Counted from the first letter of the stretch, positions 9,201 to 17,584 are shown. The stretch: DNA of 64,000 bases from an uncultured Chitinophagaceae bacterium (GCA_964518215.1 CAZFFP010000002.1:24317-88316), one strand, 5' to 3'. The notes: generated from the letters alone by a model not told the origin. A program made the numbers and translations.

Positions 9201-11925
9201 AGGGCTGGTGGTTGACCTCGTGATTTGGAACGAAGACCATGGCGGTTACCGGCAGATTTTTCAAAATGATATCCTTGCATTAATTCCGGTGGAATTGAGA
9301 GACCGTCCGGGAGGTGTTTTTGTGAGAGCGGCAGACCAGATTTCCAACGAAGACCGCATCTTGTTTCAAACTGTTGCGAGGATTAATATTTCAGATAATG
9401 GCGGAACATTAGCCGAACAAATCAAACGCAAAGCGCCTGCAAAATTGGTAATTCCGCATTTGACACCGACAGAAAAATATCGTCCTGCTTTCAGCGCCAT
9501 TCCAATGCCGAAAGACCTGCGCTTTTTTAACGGCAGAGGTGGTTTCTCGCCTGACGGACGCGAGTATGTTATTGTCATTGACCGCAAGCAAAAAACCCCC
9601 GCGCCCTGGGTAAATGTCATTGCCAATCCCGGTTTCGGAACCGTGGTTACGGAAAGCGGAGGCGCCTATACGTGGACAGAGAATGCGCATGAATTAAGAT
9701 TGACGCCCTGGAATAATGACCCCGTAAGCGATGGTGCCGGAGAAGCATTTTATCTGCGCGATGAAGAGAACGGGCATTTCTGGTCAACATCACTGCTGCC
9801 TGCGGGAGGCGCATCGTCCTACATCGCGCGTCATGGATTTGGCTACAGCGCCTTTGAACATATTGAAGATGGCATCTATTCTGAAATGTTGGTGTATGTG
9901 GATTTGGAAGCGGCTGTCAAATTCACGGTAATAAAAATTCGCAACCAATCGGGCAGACCGCGCAAACTTTCCGCGACCGGATATACCGAATGGGTGCTGG
10001 GCGATAACAGAACCAAAACAGCCATGCACATCCGCACCGAAGCGGATGTGGACAGCGGAACCATATTTGCAAAAAATCCATACAGCACGGAATTTTCCAA
10101 CCGCATTGCATTTTTTGATGTGAACGCAAAAAAGAAAACATTCACGGCTGACCGCACTGAATTTATCGGTCGCAACGGAACCCTGCAATATCCCGATTCG
10201 CTCTATCGCCAAAAACTTTCGGGAAAGGTCGGGCTGGCGTTAGACCCGTGTGCCGCCATACAGACACCTTTTGATTTGGCGGATGGCGAAGAACGGGAAA
10301 TCATTTTCACCCTTGGCGTTGGAAATAATAATCATCGCACCAGAGAGCTTGCGCAACAATTCAGGGGAAAAGAAGCAGCGCTAGAAGCCTTTGAAAAAGT
10401 AAAAAATTATTGGACACACACGCTGGGCGCATTGCAGGTGGAAACGCCCGATGCCGCCATCAATGTGATTACAAATGGCTGGCTGACTTATCAAACACTT
10501 TCATCGCGACTTTGGGGGCGCAGCGGATTTTATCAGTCGGGAGGCGCTTTCGGTTTCAGAGACCAGTTGCAGGATGTGCTCTCGCTTCTGCCGGTTGCTC
10601 CACAATTGGCGCGCGAGCAAATATTGCTCAGCGCATCGCGACAGTTCAAAGAAGGAGATGTGCAGCATTGGTGGCATCCTCCGGTAGGGCGGGGTGTTCG
10701 CACGCGCTGCTCCGATGATTTTCTTTGGCTACCTTTTGTAACGGCTCACTATATTTCTTTTACAGGTGACACGGCTGTATTGGATGAGCCGGTGCGCTTC
10801 TTGGAAGGGCGGCAATTGAACTGGGGCGAAGAATCGTATTATGACCTGCCCGTAAAATCCCATGACATGCTTCCGCTGTATGAGCATTGCGTAAGGGCAA
10901 TCAAAAATGGATTTAACTATGGTGAAAAGGGATTGCCGTTAATCGGTGCCGGTGATTGGAATGATGGTTTGGACAGAGTGGGCGATAAAGGAAAAGGTGA
11001 AAGTGTGTGGCTGGCATTTTTCTTTTTTGGCATCCTCATCCGGTTCGCAGCAATTGCACGGTTGAAAAATGACGCCCCCTTTGCTGATGAATGTGAAAAG
11101 CAGGCTCGGCAATTGAAAGAAAACATTGCTCAACATGCCTGGGATGGCGCATGGTTTAAACGCGCCTGGTTTGATGACGGCACACCATTGGGTTCATCGC
11201 AAGGGGAAGAATGTAAGATTGATTCGATTGCACAAAGCTGGTCTGTGTTGTCGGGAGCGGGAGATGCCGCCCATTCAAATATAGCGATGGAGTCGGCATA
11301 TAAAAATTTAGTAAAAAAGGATATCGGCATCATTCAGTTGCTGGAGCCGCCATTCGATAAATCAAATGTCTATCCCGGGTATATCAAAGGATATGTGCCG
11401 GGCGTAAGAGAGAATGGCGGACAATACACTCACGCTGCCGTATGGCTGATTATGGCTTTTGCCAAATTGGGCGACAACCAACGGGTATGGGAATTATTGA
11501 ACATGATTAACCCGGTGAACCACGGCAAAACTCCGGAAGAAATTGCCGTCTATAAAGTAGAGCCTTATGTGGTAGCCGCAGATGTGTATGCCAACGAATC
11601 ACATGCCGGACGTGGCGGCTGGACTTGGTATACCGGATCGGCAGCTTGGATGTATCGCATGATTGTGGAATCGTTTCTAGGCTTGAAACAGGAAGTTGAC
11701 AAATTAACGCTCACTCCTTGTATTCCGAAAGAATGGAATTCGCTTAAAATACACTACCGGTATAAAAGTGCGGTTTATCATATTACCGTAACTCAAATAG
11801 ATGGCGAACCGGCAACCAATGTAACTTTAAATGGCGTGGCGCAAGAAGCTAAAACAATAACGCTCACAGACGATGGGGCGGAGCATGATGTTCAGGTGAT
11901 GGTGTTTACGGGTTCGTTGAAATAA
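3244..11925 (+). CDS. cgs: cyclic beta-1,2-glucan synthase-like giant multidomain protein (Cgs/ChvB/NdvB family)
   Basis: A single 2,893-aa ORF. It has a conserved N-terminal region, then TM helices around aa 420-500. A GT-A glycosyltransferase core follows (VVIPAML, ITLDEDTQLP DxD, LSHDLIEG, RRARWVRGDWQ), then more TM helices at about aa 830-1000. Next is a glucan-binding/cyclization-type middle region (WLPPDNFQE...HRTSPTNIGL). The C-terminus is a GH94 phosphorylase-like module (GGFSPDGREYVI, PAPWVNVIANP, FGFRDQLQD, NGGQYTHAAVW). Size and domain order match Brucella/Agrobacterium Cgs/ChvB. Confidence 0.85.
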   Translation: MKLIPAAHELISDMRDFFKTKKLNQSYLSEELLSEELYSSEQMERFGKALAKSHQLSTKPAEDHLLKRLAENENILQEVRELLTDSIKKKYQISPAGEWLIDNFYLIEEHIQSAKLNFPKDYSEDLPQLSGVSSGSETRIYDIIQQVIAHSDGRIDMESLSSFVSAYQTVTHLKLGELWAIPIMLRLALIENLRRVAARVAIDRVNGNLANYWAREMIETSEKDSKNLILVIADMARSKPPMVDAFVAELVRQLRGKGPELALSLNWIEQQLAEKGLTCEEMVNAEVQKQAANQVSMSNSIGSLRLLNAMNWRDFVEAHSIVEQTLREDINGIYGSMDFATRDRYRHVVEHIAKKSKIAEHEVARIAIQLAHESALDKNKDERTSHVGYFLIGPGISQTKNAAKTPVSLFQKFRHLLSKHRFRLYLTFILIVTFAISACILALAHTDITNNWLLFLIAFVSLLSVSQLAVSMVNFFSTLLVKPHLLPRMDFSQNIPAESSTLVVIPAMLSNMNEIESLTESLEIRFLANRNNNLHFGLLTDFTDAQQETLPQDHALVESVKQKIEALNKKYNRENNDLFFLFHRPRLCNEKENAWMGYERKRGKLTDLNSLLRGGSKDCFTHIIGDQSIFPQIKYVITLDEDTQLPMGAAWKLIGTMAHPLNHAWYDEEKKRITKGYGILQPRVTNSMPDATGSLYMRMHGNEPGIDPYTRASSDVYQDLFEEGSFIGKGIYEVDVFRKVLDGKFAENSILSHDLIEGCYIRSGLVSDVQFFEKYPMRYDADMKRRARWVRGDWQIFSWLLPFIREADGSWHINPISALSRWKIFDNIRRSLVPFALTAMLLLGWLVLPSAFLWTILVTGIIVVPVIFTSAWNTIRKPKDVIIIHHLRNSINSLADNSTKMLFALICLPYEAYVNTVAILRTIWRKLITKKHLLEWNPSRNEWRKNSNTLIESYAVMWIEIALPLAVLIYLASTAPFKLITAGPIALLWLVAPFITWWSSKPLTRKTAALTNRQNIFLRKMARKTWSFFEHFVGSEDNWLPPDNFQELPVEAIAHRTSPTNIGLALLANISARDFGYITTGQMIERTANTISAMKKMERYRGHFYNWYDTQTLEPLYPKYISTVDSGNLAGHMLVLRQGLLAVPHQKIIGSKIFDGLLDTLRVLFDTLEEKDEELLLAFKEDLKTAGKQDLNKPLEIKSSVAQLTKTFQAVFEKLNSDTESETYWWKQKLKTQLEQLNDALQIFTPWELLATAPAQFKDLVSFHQNPTLNTLLKTARKMREELNFQRDANSENEWLELFQTALTHTIEQAEEQITNSEMLAHQCNDLAEMYWDFLLDKSSNLFIIGYNVQERHADLSYYDLLASEVRLGVFVGIAQGKLPEESWFALGRLLTNVDGSPILLSWSGSMFEYLMPQLVMPSYENTLLDQTAKAAVESQINYGKKTGHPWGISESGYNMLSAESHYQYSAFGIPGLGLKRGLEDDFVITPYASALALMVTPERACRNLELLHEKGFQGRHGFYEAVDYTPSRLPRGQSEAIVYSFMAHHQGMSLLSLAHLLLDQPMQKLFEAEPQFKAALLLLQERIPKTTTYFAHTTDVSDISYVSSAIETRILNTPHTPIPEVQLLSNGKYHVMVTNAGAGYSRWKDFAVTRWREDAARDNWGTFCYIRDLDSKDFWSNTHQPTLQKGEKYEAVFAHGHVDFRTTNNEIETHTEIVVSPEDDIEMRRLRVSNRSSANRTIELTSYGEVVLAPAASDLMQPIFSNLFVQTEIIPEQRAIICTRRPRSAEEHPPWMCHLMTMHGKIPEEISYETDRMQFIGRGNSIVHPQAMNTSGPLSGKQGAVLDPIVAIRYKIKLEPDETVTLDMVTGIAETKETCKYLIEKYQDKHHKDRVFELAWTHSQVVLRQINASEGDAQLYGRLANSILFTNPAFRADPAILINNHRQQSGLWGYSISGDLPIVLLKIENQANVKLVRQMVQAHAYWRLKGLVVDLVIWNEDHGGYRQIFQNDILALIPVELRDRPGGVFVRAADQISNEDRILFQTVARINISDNGGTLAEQIKRKAPAKLVIPHLTPTEKYRPAFSAIPMPKDLRFFNGRGGFSPDGREYVIVIDRKQKTPAPWVNVIANPGFGTVVTESGGAYTWTENAHELRLTPWNNDPVSDGAGEAFYLRDEENGHFWSTSLLPAGGASSYIARHGFGYSAFEHIEDGIYSEMLVYVDLEAAVKFTVIKIRNQSGRPRKLSATGYTEWVLGDNRTKTAMHIRTEADVDSGTIFAKNPYSTEFSNRIAFFDVNAKKKTFTADRTEFIGRNGTLQYPDSLYRQKLSGKVGLALDPCAAIQTPFDLADGEEREIIFTLGVGNNNHRTRELAQQFRGKEAALEAFEKVKNYWTHTLGALQVETPDAAINVITNGWLTYQTLSSRLWGRSGFYQSGGAFGFRDQLQDVLSLLPVAPQLAREQILLSASRQFKEGDVQHWWHPPVGRGVRTRCSDDFLWLPFVTAHYISFTGDTAVLDEPVRFLEGRQLNWGEESYYDLPVKSHDMLPLYEHCVRAIKNGFNYGEKGLPLIGAGDWNDGLDRVGDKGKGESVWLAFFFFGILIRFAAIARLKNDAPFADECEKQARQLKENIAQHAWDGAWFKRAWFDDGTPLGSSQGEECKIDSIAQSWSVLSGAGDAAHSNIAMESAYKNLVKKDIGIIQLLEPPFDKSNVYPGYIKGYVPGVRENGGQYTHAAVWLIMAFAKLGDNQRVWELLNMINPVNHGKTPEEIAVYKVEPYVVAADVYANESHAGRGGWTWYTGSAAWMYRMIVESFLGLKQEVDKLTLTPCIPKEWNSLKIHYRYKSAVYHITVTQIDGEPATNVTLNGVAQEAKTITLTDDGAEHDVQVMVFTGSLK

Positions 11926-11938
11926 TCTGAAACAATAT

Positions 11939-12139
11939 TCAGGAAAATCTTCTTTTCATGTTTTCATTTAACCTGAACTGCGGTCTTCTTTGAGTAGTTG
12001 CTTTTACTTCAAATTCTTCAGCATCTTCTGCCTGCTCTTTTGATTTTTCCCGAGAGAAAACCTGACTAATTTGTGCTGCTTGTTTTTTTGACTTGCCATC
12101 AGATTGCTGATTGCGGAGGTCAGTTTGATTTTTGCCCAT
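11939..12139 (-). CDS. small hydrophilic hypothetical protein (66 aa)
   Basis: The ORF is convergent with cgs and Lys/Gln/Glu-rich, with no recognisable domain. Coding status is uncertain. Confidence 0.3.
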   Translation of the reverse strand: MGKNQTDLRNQQSDGKSKKQAAQISQVFSREKSKEQAEDAEEFEVKATTQRRPQFRLNENMKRRFS

Positions 12140-12207
12140 ATTTATTTGTTTAACGGTTGCTCATAAAAGTGAGCATTATGGTAGAGAAAAGCGTTACATA
12201 ATCTTTA

Positions 12208-12500
12208 CAAATAATTACACCATTCACACTTTGTTGAAGTGGGGTAAATGACATTATTTATACTCCTAAATCTAGTAGTCAAGTCTGTAGCGAAACTATG
12301 TGACTTATGCCTATCCAAAATAAAAACCCTTTGCTTCGCTAATCGAATGTAGTTTTGAAAAAATGGATGATACCCATTCGGTCATCAACTAAATAAAAAT
12401 AAATGAAGTTGAAACTTACAGATCAAAAGGAATTATTTCCGGAGGAATGATACCGAAAATTGACAGTGCTTTAATAGCAGCCATAAAAATCATACAGCAG
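12208..12500 (+). pseudogene. decayed relic of a second acetylglutamate kinase (argB) C-terminal region
   Basis: From 12363 the frame reads MDDTHSVIN*IKINEVETYRSKGIISGGMIPKIDSALIAA. This aligns with the resident ArgB segment VEDEHSFIEKITYNDYEILKEKGIISNGMLPKMENAFYAA. Upstream pieces in two other frames read QIITPFTLC*SGVNDIIY and KTLCF. They align with QNITPIIAPITCNAEGQLLNVNADTIATY and TLALCF. At least two frameshifts and two in-frame stops are present. Confidence 0.55.
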
Positions 12501-12502
12501 AA

Positions 12503-13027
12503 TTATTGTTCACTGAAGATTCCATGTCTATCTGAATATTGCTGTTCTTCATAAATATAAGAGGCAAACATTATAAGAGAATCCAAACCTTGAATGCTTT
12601 CAACAATAATTGAACTATCAATTTTGTCTTGAGTAAGATTAATTGTAATGGTAATTTTATTTGCCGGATTACATTGAACAATGAACTCCCAGTCTCCATT
12701 ACCATCAGTATTAATATCAGATTCCAATACATTGCTCCAATATACCAGATCATTAATGGCTTTAATAAATGCTGAAGGCGTTTTAGATTTGTCCAGAAAT
12801 ACATCTGCAATGTCGGGGTTAGCCACAGATTCTTTCGCATTGTTAATTTGAGAATTTGCAGATGAAATAAAACATTCAGAAAACTTCAGTTTTTCAGGGC
12901 TTTCTCCCGAAAAAGTTTCAAAAAAATCCATGTTATTTATAGGCGCTATTTCATTTAGTCGCAATGATTCTAACATAAAAATAGCTGACACTACTAAGCT
13001 GAATGCGAGATATCTAAGTTTACTCAT
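12503..13027 (-). CDS. hypothetical protein with N-terminal signal/anchor
   Basis: 174 aa with a hydrophobic N-terminus (LAFSLVVSAIFML). It overlaps the upstream membrane gene by 8 nt and is very AT-rich. No recognisable domain. Confidence 0.6.
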   Translation of the reverse strand: MSKLRYLAFSLVVSAIFMLESLRLNEIAPINNMDFFETFSGESPEKLKFSECFISSANSQINNAKESVANPDIADVFLDKSKTPSAFIKAINDLVYWSNVLESDINTDGNGDWEFIVQCNPANKITITINLTQDKIDSSIIVESIQGLDSLIMFASYIYEEQQYSDRHGIFSEQ

Positions 13028-14468
13028 ACAAAAAGGTTTTAAGAGTGTTTGCTTTATTTATAGTATCTGCACATAGACTTACTTCGTTTAATCCAAAATA
13101 TTTACCGTAGGCTTTGTTCCAGTGTGCCTCTTGTCTGTTTGGCTTAATAGTTACAGGGTAATAAACGGTGGTTTGTATATCCAACATATTTTTGAAACAA
13201 ATACGCTTCCATTTGCTTTCAGCAGTCAATATCGTATTAATATTGCTTAAACGATTGGAAAATATAGCATTATACTCTTTATAAATGCCCGATTTATATT
13301 CGGCAATAATGGTGGTGTAGTTATTGTTGGAGAATATTAAAGCAACGGCTATCCATAGAATAGATATAAGTTTCAATGATTTAAACGGAAAAGAATTGAT
13401 GTTGACTAAACTTGCAAAATAAATTATACTCCCTAAAGAAACTAATTGAATAAAAGTTACTACAGTAATGAAAATTCTATTAGGTGTTCCGGAATCTCCG
13501 CCCATAGCCAGATAGTAAGGCATTGTGAGCATATAAGATCCAAAAAGCAGGAACAATATAGAGTACACCATATCTTTTTTAGGGAGTGGCATTTTCAATT
13601 TAATGCTCAACCCTGTAAACAGCAGTAAAGCCGTGAAAACACCCCCTTTACCAATAAAAGTATTTCCCAAAAAATACAGGTAATGTTGCGTACTTAACTG
13701 AATTACAGTGAAAATACTTTCTGGATTTTTGGGAGCTTCAACATAAAATGCTCTAACTCTTATTCCCGGAGAACTAACAAAAAATAAAACAGAGGCAAGG
13801 GAAACAATCAGAAGGGGAATAAATTCGACTATAAGATTTTTATGAGACTTGAATATTAAAATTGAAATGAAAAAAATAGTCAATAAGTTTAATGTTAAAA
13901 TCTGCTCATTGGTTCCTGTTGAAGCAATGATACCAAGGGCGGCAACAAAAAACCAAACATTTTTCCAAACGATATTCGTTGCTGTAAAAAATCTTTTAAT
14001 GGCACCCACCCAAACCATCCAAAGGCATATTCCATATAAATACACATAGCTCGCAATAAGATTATATAACTCATTGACAAGAGATGGCGATATGGAGAAG
14101 TGTACTACCGCAAATAACAACGAATACATGAATCCTGGCCTAAGGTTTATATCGGATAAAGACAACAATAAAAACAAAAAACTTCCTGTAAAAAGTAAAA
14201 AGCCGACAATTGGCATCAACTTGTATCCGTCTATCCAACCAAAAGCAAGGGGATTCAATCCGTGCAGTAAATTGGTGAAGTATCTGCCGTCATAATTAAC
14301 CAGGAGATTTTCTATTGCCTGAAAATAGCTTCCCTCCTTTATCTCGCCACACAGTCCTAATGCTTCAGCATTTGGGAAAGTATAATAAGAAGCCATTGCC
14401 AACAATGCAAAACCAAAAGTTATTATTGCTGAAGTTAAAATATTGTTCAGTTTAAGCGCTTGCCACAT
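13020..14468 (-). CDS. polytopic integral membrane protein (GT-C/DUF6056-like architecture, function unknown)
   Basis: 482 aa with about 11-12 hydrophobic spans followed by a soluble tail of about 90 aa. The resemblance to membrane glycosyltransferases is architectural only. GC is about 27% in one 60-nt line I counted. Confidence 0.7.
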   Translation of the reverse strand: MWQALKLNNILTSAIITFGFALLAMASYYTFPNAEALGLCGEIKEGSYFQAIENLLVNYDGRYFTNLLHGLNPLAFGWIDGYKLMPIVGFLLFTGSFLFLLLSLSDINLRPGFMYSLLFAVVHFSISPSLVNELYNLIASYVYLYGICLWMVWVGAIKRFFTATNIVWKNVWFFVAALGIIASTGTNEQILTLNLLTIFFISILIFKSHKNLIVEFIPLLIVSLASVLFFVSSPGIRVRAFYVEAPKNPESIFTVIQLSTQHYLYFLGNTFIGKGGVFTALLLFTGLSIKLKMPLPKKDMVYSILFLLFGSYMLTMPYYLAMGGDSGTPNRIFITVVTFIQLVSLGSIIYFASLVNINSFPFKSLKLISILWIAVALIFSNNNYTTIIAEYKSGIYKEYNAIFSNRLSNINTILTAESKWKRICFKNMLDIQTTVYYPVTIKPNRQEAHWNKAYGKYFGLNEVSLCADTINKANTLKTFLYE

Positions 14469-14724
14469 AAACAGTAATATTATTAAAATACAACATAAAA
14501 TAATGATTTTGTAAGATAAACAAAAAAAAACTGATAGATATAATATCTTAGGTGTTTAATGGTATTTTAATATTCTATTATAGTGCCTGATGCTCTTGTT
14601 GAGGTTGCCGCTAAATCATTCCGCACAATACATAATGCGTAAAACTCTAAATCAAATTCAGGCGTTTTTATCTAATAACTTACCGAAAAGGTGGCATCTT
14701 TGTGCCGAAAATGAATAGAAATTA

Positions 14725-15234
14725 ATGAGCACTGCTACTACAAACATCCCTTCTCAAACTTATTTATCTGTTTTTTCCGAAATGCTCTGGTGGGTATTGA
14801 TTGTGGTGTTCACCGCCATTGTTTTGTATCCGCTGCATTTGGTGCTCGATGCGGGTTTTCTCAGAATCAATATCGGGCTGGTGGTGTTGTTTACGATACT
14901 CTTTCGCTACACTATTTTTTTAGAGCAGGTGAAATATTTAGCTCCGCTTTGGGTGCGGTTTATGTCGGTAATCATCGCGGGCATTTTGTTTTTTCAGGTA
15001 TTCATACAAATGCAGAGTTTTTTCGAGTTGTTCGATACGCACGATATGAACGATTTTCTGACAAAGAACCCCGAAAGCCGTTTTGCGCCCGAAGTAATCC
15101 ATGAAAAATTCGACTACTTTAAAAAAGAATTTGTATTTTTTTCGACCGGAAATTTAATATTGATTGTAGCATTTACTTTTAGAAACATAGGTTCACTTTG
15201 GATTCAATTGAAAAACAAAAAATATCAGTCATGA
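14725..15234 (+). CDS. hypothetical membrane protein
   Basis: 169 aa with 4-5 hydrophobic segments. Its stop overlaps the next start (ATGA at 15231-15234). Confidence 0.7.
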   Translation: MSTATTNIPSQTYLSVFSEMLWWVLIVVFTAIVLYPLHLVLDAGFLRINIGLVVLFTILFRYTIFLEQVKYLAPLWVRFMSVIIAGILFFQVFIQMQSFFELFDTHDMNDFLTKNPESRFAPEVIHEKFDYFKKEFVFFSTGNLILIVAFTFRNIGSLWIQLKNKKYQS

Positions 15235-15722
15235 AAAAATCAGTTTTTGCTTCAGTAATCTTAATGTTTTTAAGCATTGTATTTTTTAATTCCTGCGGAA
15301 AAAAAGACCCCTGCGAAAATGTGGTTTGCGCTCCCAACAAAGTTTGCAGTGAAGGTGCCTGTGTTTGTCCTTTGGGTTTGGAAGGCGACAGTTGCGATGT
15401 TTTCAGCAGAACAAAATTTTTGGGAACCTATATGGTAAGCGAAAACTGCCACAATCAGCCCGGCACTAATTACCAATGCTTCATTGGGCAGGGCAATCAG
15501 ATTTTTGAAGTATTTATCAATGGTATGTTTGGCCAATTTACCGTTCGTGCACTTGTCGATAAAAATTTTATTTCCATTCCTGAACAAAGCATAGGCTCAT
15601 TCAGAATAGTAGGCGAAGGCAGAATCATTACAGTTCAAAACTTTTCACGTCTCGAAATTCAGTATGAATACAACCTTAATGGTATTCCAAAATCATGCAC
15701 TGCCATATTTAACCGCATATAA
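15231..15722 (+). CDS. lipoprotein with EGF-like Cys-rich module
   Basis: I prefer the ATG at 15231 (MKKSVFASVILMFLSIVFFNSC, lipobox-like FNSC). It is followed by CENVVCAPNKVCSEGACVCPLGLEGDSC. Confidence 0.7.
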   Translation: MKKSVFASVILMFLSIVFFNSCGKKDPCENVVCAPNKVCSEGACVCPLGLEGDSCDVFSRTKFLGTYMVSENCHNQPGTNYQCFIGQGNQIFEVFINGMFGQFTVRALVDKNFISIPEQSIGSFRIVGEGRIITVQNFSRLEIQYEYNLNGIPKSCTAIFNRI

Positions 15723-15919
15723 GCCTTTGCAACATTTCTTTAACTTTAATGTATGTTGGAATCGCACCACATACATGATTTGCTGTTTCCTGCGCTCTAC
15801 GCTATCGCAATACTTTTTATCGAGTTATGTTCTGAGACGGTGGGCAATATTAAAACCGATGTTTAGTTTAACTATCGGGCTATATCGTGAATAAAAATGC
15901 TTTTACAGTTTATTATGCC

Positions 15920-15927
15920 TACCTTTG
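15920..15927 (+). promoter_or_regulatory. candidate Bacteroidota -7 promoter box (TACCTTTG) for the DEAD-box helicase gene
   Basis: An exact TAnnTTTG match lies about 190 nt upstream of ATG 16119. No clean -33 TTTG is visible. Confidence 0.3.
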
Positions 15928-16118
15928 CACCGTATTACATGAATTAAACTACTCATTGTTGTTTTCGCCTCCGCGAAATTTTCCGCTCAATGCTTTCGGA
16001 AGTATTCCCTCCAAAAAATTAGAAGTTTAAACAGTAAACAAGACTCTTTCTCATACAGATCGGTGATGGAGAGCCTTTGTATTTTTTTGTCCGGTCTATA
16101 ACCTTAATCATAATAAAA

Positions 16119-17450
16119 ATGTCGTTTGAAAAATTGAATTTAATCGAGCCTATCCTTCAGGCTTTAAAAACAGAAGGATACACTACCCCCACACCTATTC
16201 AGTCGCAAGCCATTCCATTGGTGTTAGAAAGAAAAGATATTTTGGGCTGTGCGCAAACCGGCACCGGAAAAACAGCGGCATTTGCCATTCCTATTATACA
16301 ATTGCTTTGTCAGGATAAAAATTTGGCTCCCGGCAAGCGCGTTATCAGAAGTTTGATTTTAACGCCTACCAGAGAATTAGCCATTCAGATTGGTGAAAGT
16401 TTTGAGAACTATGGCAAAAACACCAACCTGAAATACAAAGTTATTTTTGGCGGAGTCAATCAGTTCAGTCAGGTAGAATCTTTGCGCTCGGGTATTGATG
16501 TTTTGATTGCAACACCCGGTCGTTTGCTCGATTTGATGAATCAGAAACATGTGCATCTGAACCATATTGAGTTCTTTGTTTTAGACGAAGCCGACCGAAT
16601 GCTCGACATGGGTTTTGTGCATGATGTGAAAAAAATCATTGCCAAACTTCCTTCGAAAAGACAATCGCTATTCTTTTCTGCCACCATGCCTCCCGAAATT
16701 GTAACCCTTGCCGATACCATTTTGGTAAACCCTTCTAAAGTAGAAGTAACGCCCGTTTCGAGCACAGTGGATACTATTAATCAGGTAGTGTATTTTGTAG
16801 ATAAAGAAAACAAAAGAAACCTGCTCATGGATGTGTTGAAAAACCAAAATATCGAGCGGGCATTAGTATTTACCCGCACCAAACATGGGGCAGATAAAGT
16901 GGCAAAAGACCTTTCTAAAAACGGTATTCAGGCACAAGCCATTCATGGCAACAAATCGCAAAATGCCCGTCAGCAGGCGCTCAACAATTTCAAATCAAAA
17001 CTCACTCGTGTATTGGTGGCTACCGATATTGCCGCTAGAGGTATTGATATTGATGAGTTGTCGCATGTAATTAATTACGAATTGCCCAATATTCCCGAAT
17101 CGTATGTGCATCGTATCGGGCGCACCGGAAGAGCCGGAGCCAGCGGTATAGCCATTGCTTTCAGCGATGCTGAAGAAAAAGAATACCTGAAAGACATTCA
17201 GAAACTCATTGGCAAACAAATTCTAGTGATGGACGACCATGCTTATCCTTTAATGAATCATACTGTTGTGAAAGCCGCAGCCAGACAGCAACGTCCGCCC
17301 AGAAATTCGGGAAACAGAAATGGATTTGGCAGAAGCGAACAAAAAACCTACGCAACAGCCGGAGATTTTTCAAGGAATAATGAAAAACCCAATACTTTCA
17401 AACCCAAGAAAAAATCGTGGTTTGGCGAAAAGAGAGCCGCCAGAGGATAA
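16119..17450 (+). CDS. rhlE: DEAD-box ATP-dependent RNA helicase (RhlE-like)
   Basis: Q-motif region, [25 protein letters not shown] and [10 protein letters not shown], plus a basic Arg/Gly/Asn-rich C-terminal tail. I prefer the ATG at 16119 (MSFEKLNL) to the track start at 16077. Confidence 0.9.
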   Translation: MSFEKLNLIEPILQALKTEGYTTPTPIQSQAIPLVLERKDILGCAQTGTGKTAAFAIPIIQLLCQDKNLAPGKRVIRSLILTPTRELAIQIGESFENYGKNTNLKYKVIFGGVNQFSQVESLRSGIDVLIATPGRLLDLMNQKHVHLNHIEFFVLDEADRMLDMGFVHDVKKIIAKLPSKRQSLFFSATMPPEIVTLADTILVNPSKVEVTPVSSTVDTINQVVYFVDKENKRNLLMDVLKNQNIERALVFTRTKHGADKVAKDLSKNGIQAQAIHGNKSQNARQQALNNFKSKLTRVLVATDIAARGIDIDELSHVINYELPNIPESYVHRIGRTGRAGASGIAIAFSDAEEKEYLKDIQKLIGKQILVMDDHAYPLMNHTVVKAAARQQRPPRNSGNRNGFGRSEQKTYATAGDFSRNNEKPNTFKPKKKSWFGEKRAARG

Positions 17451-17487
17451 TTTCTGAAATTATCATCCACCTAAAATAGCGCCCATA

Positions 17488-17526
17488 CCCGCAAGACAAC
17501 TTTAAAAATCTTGCGGGTTTGTTTTT
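17488..17526 (+). terminator. rho-independent terminator after the helicase gene
   Basis: 9-bp stem CCCGCAAGA/TCTTGCGGG, 12-nt loop, then TTTGTTTTT. Confidence 0.75.
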
Positions 17527-17584
17527 GCTGAAAAGTAAGGGGCAACAAACAGTTTCTCTTTCAATCAAAACAATGGCGCACGAG

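Noticed and set aside
3436-11333. About 35 antisense or alternative-frame ORFs of 60-140 aa inside the cgs gene (for example 8472-8849 and 9790-10212).
   Set aside because: All lie within one continuous 2,893-aa ORF with clear domain motifs. Their translations are low-complexity, Arg/Cys/His-rich shadow products with no motifs.
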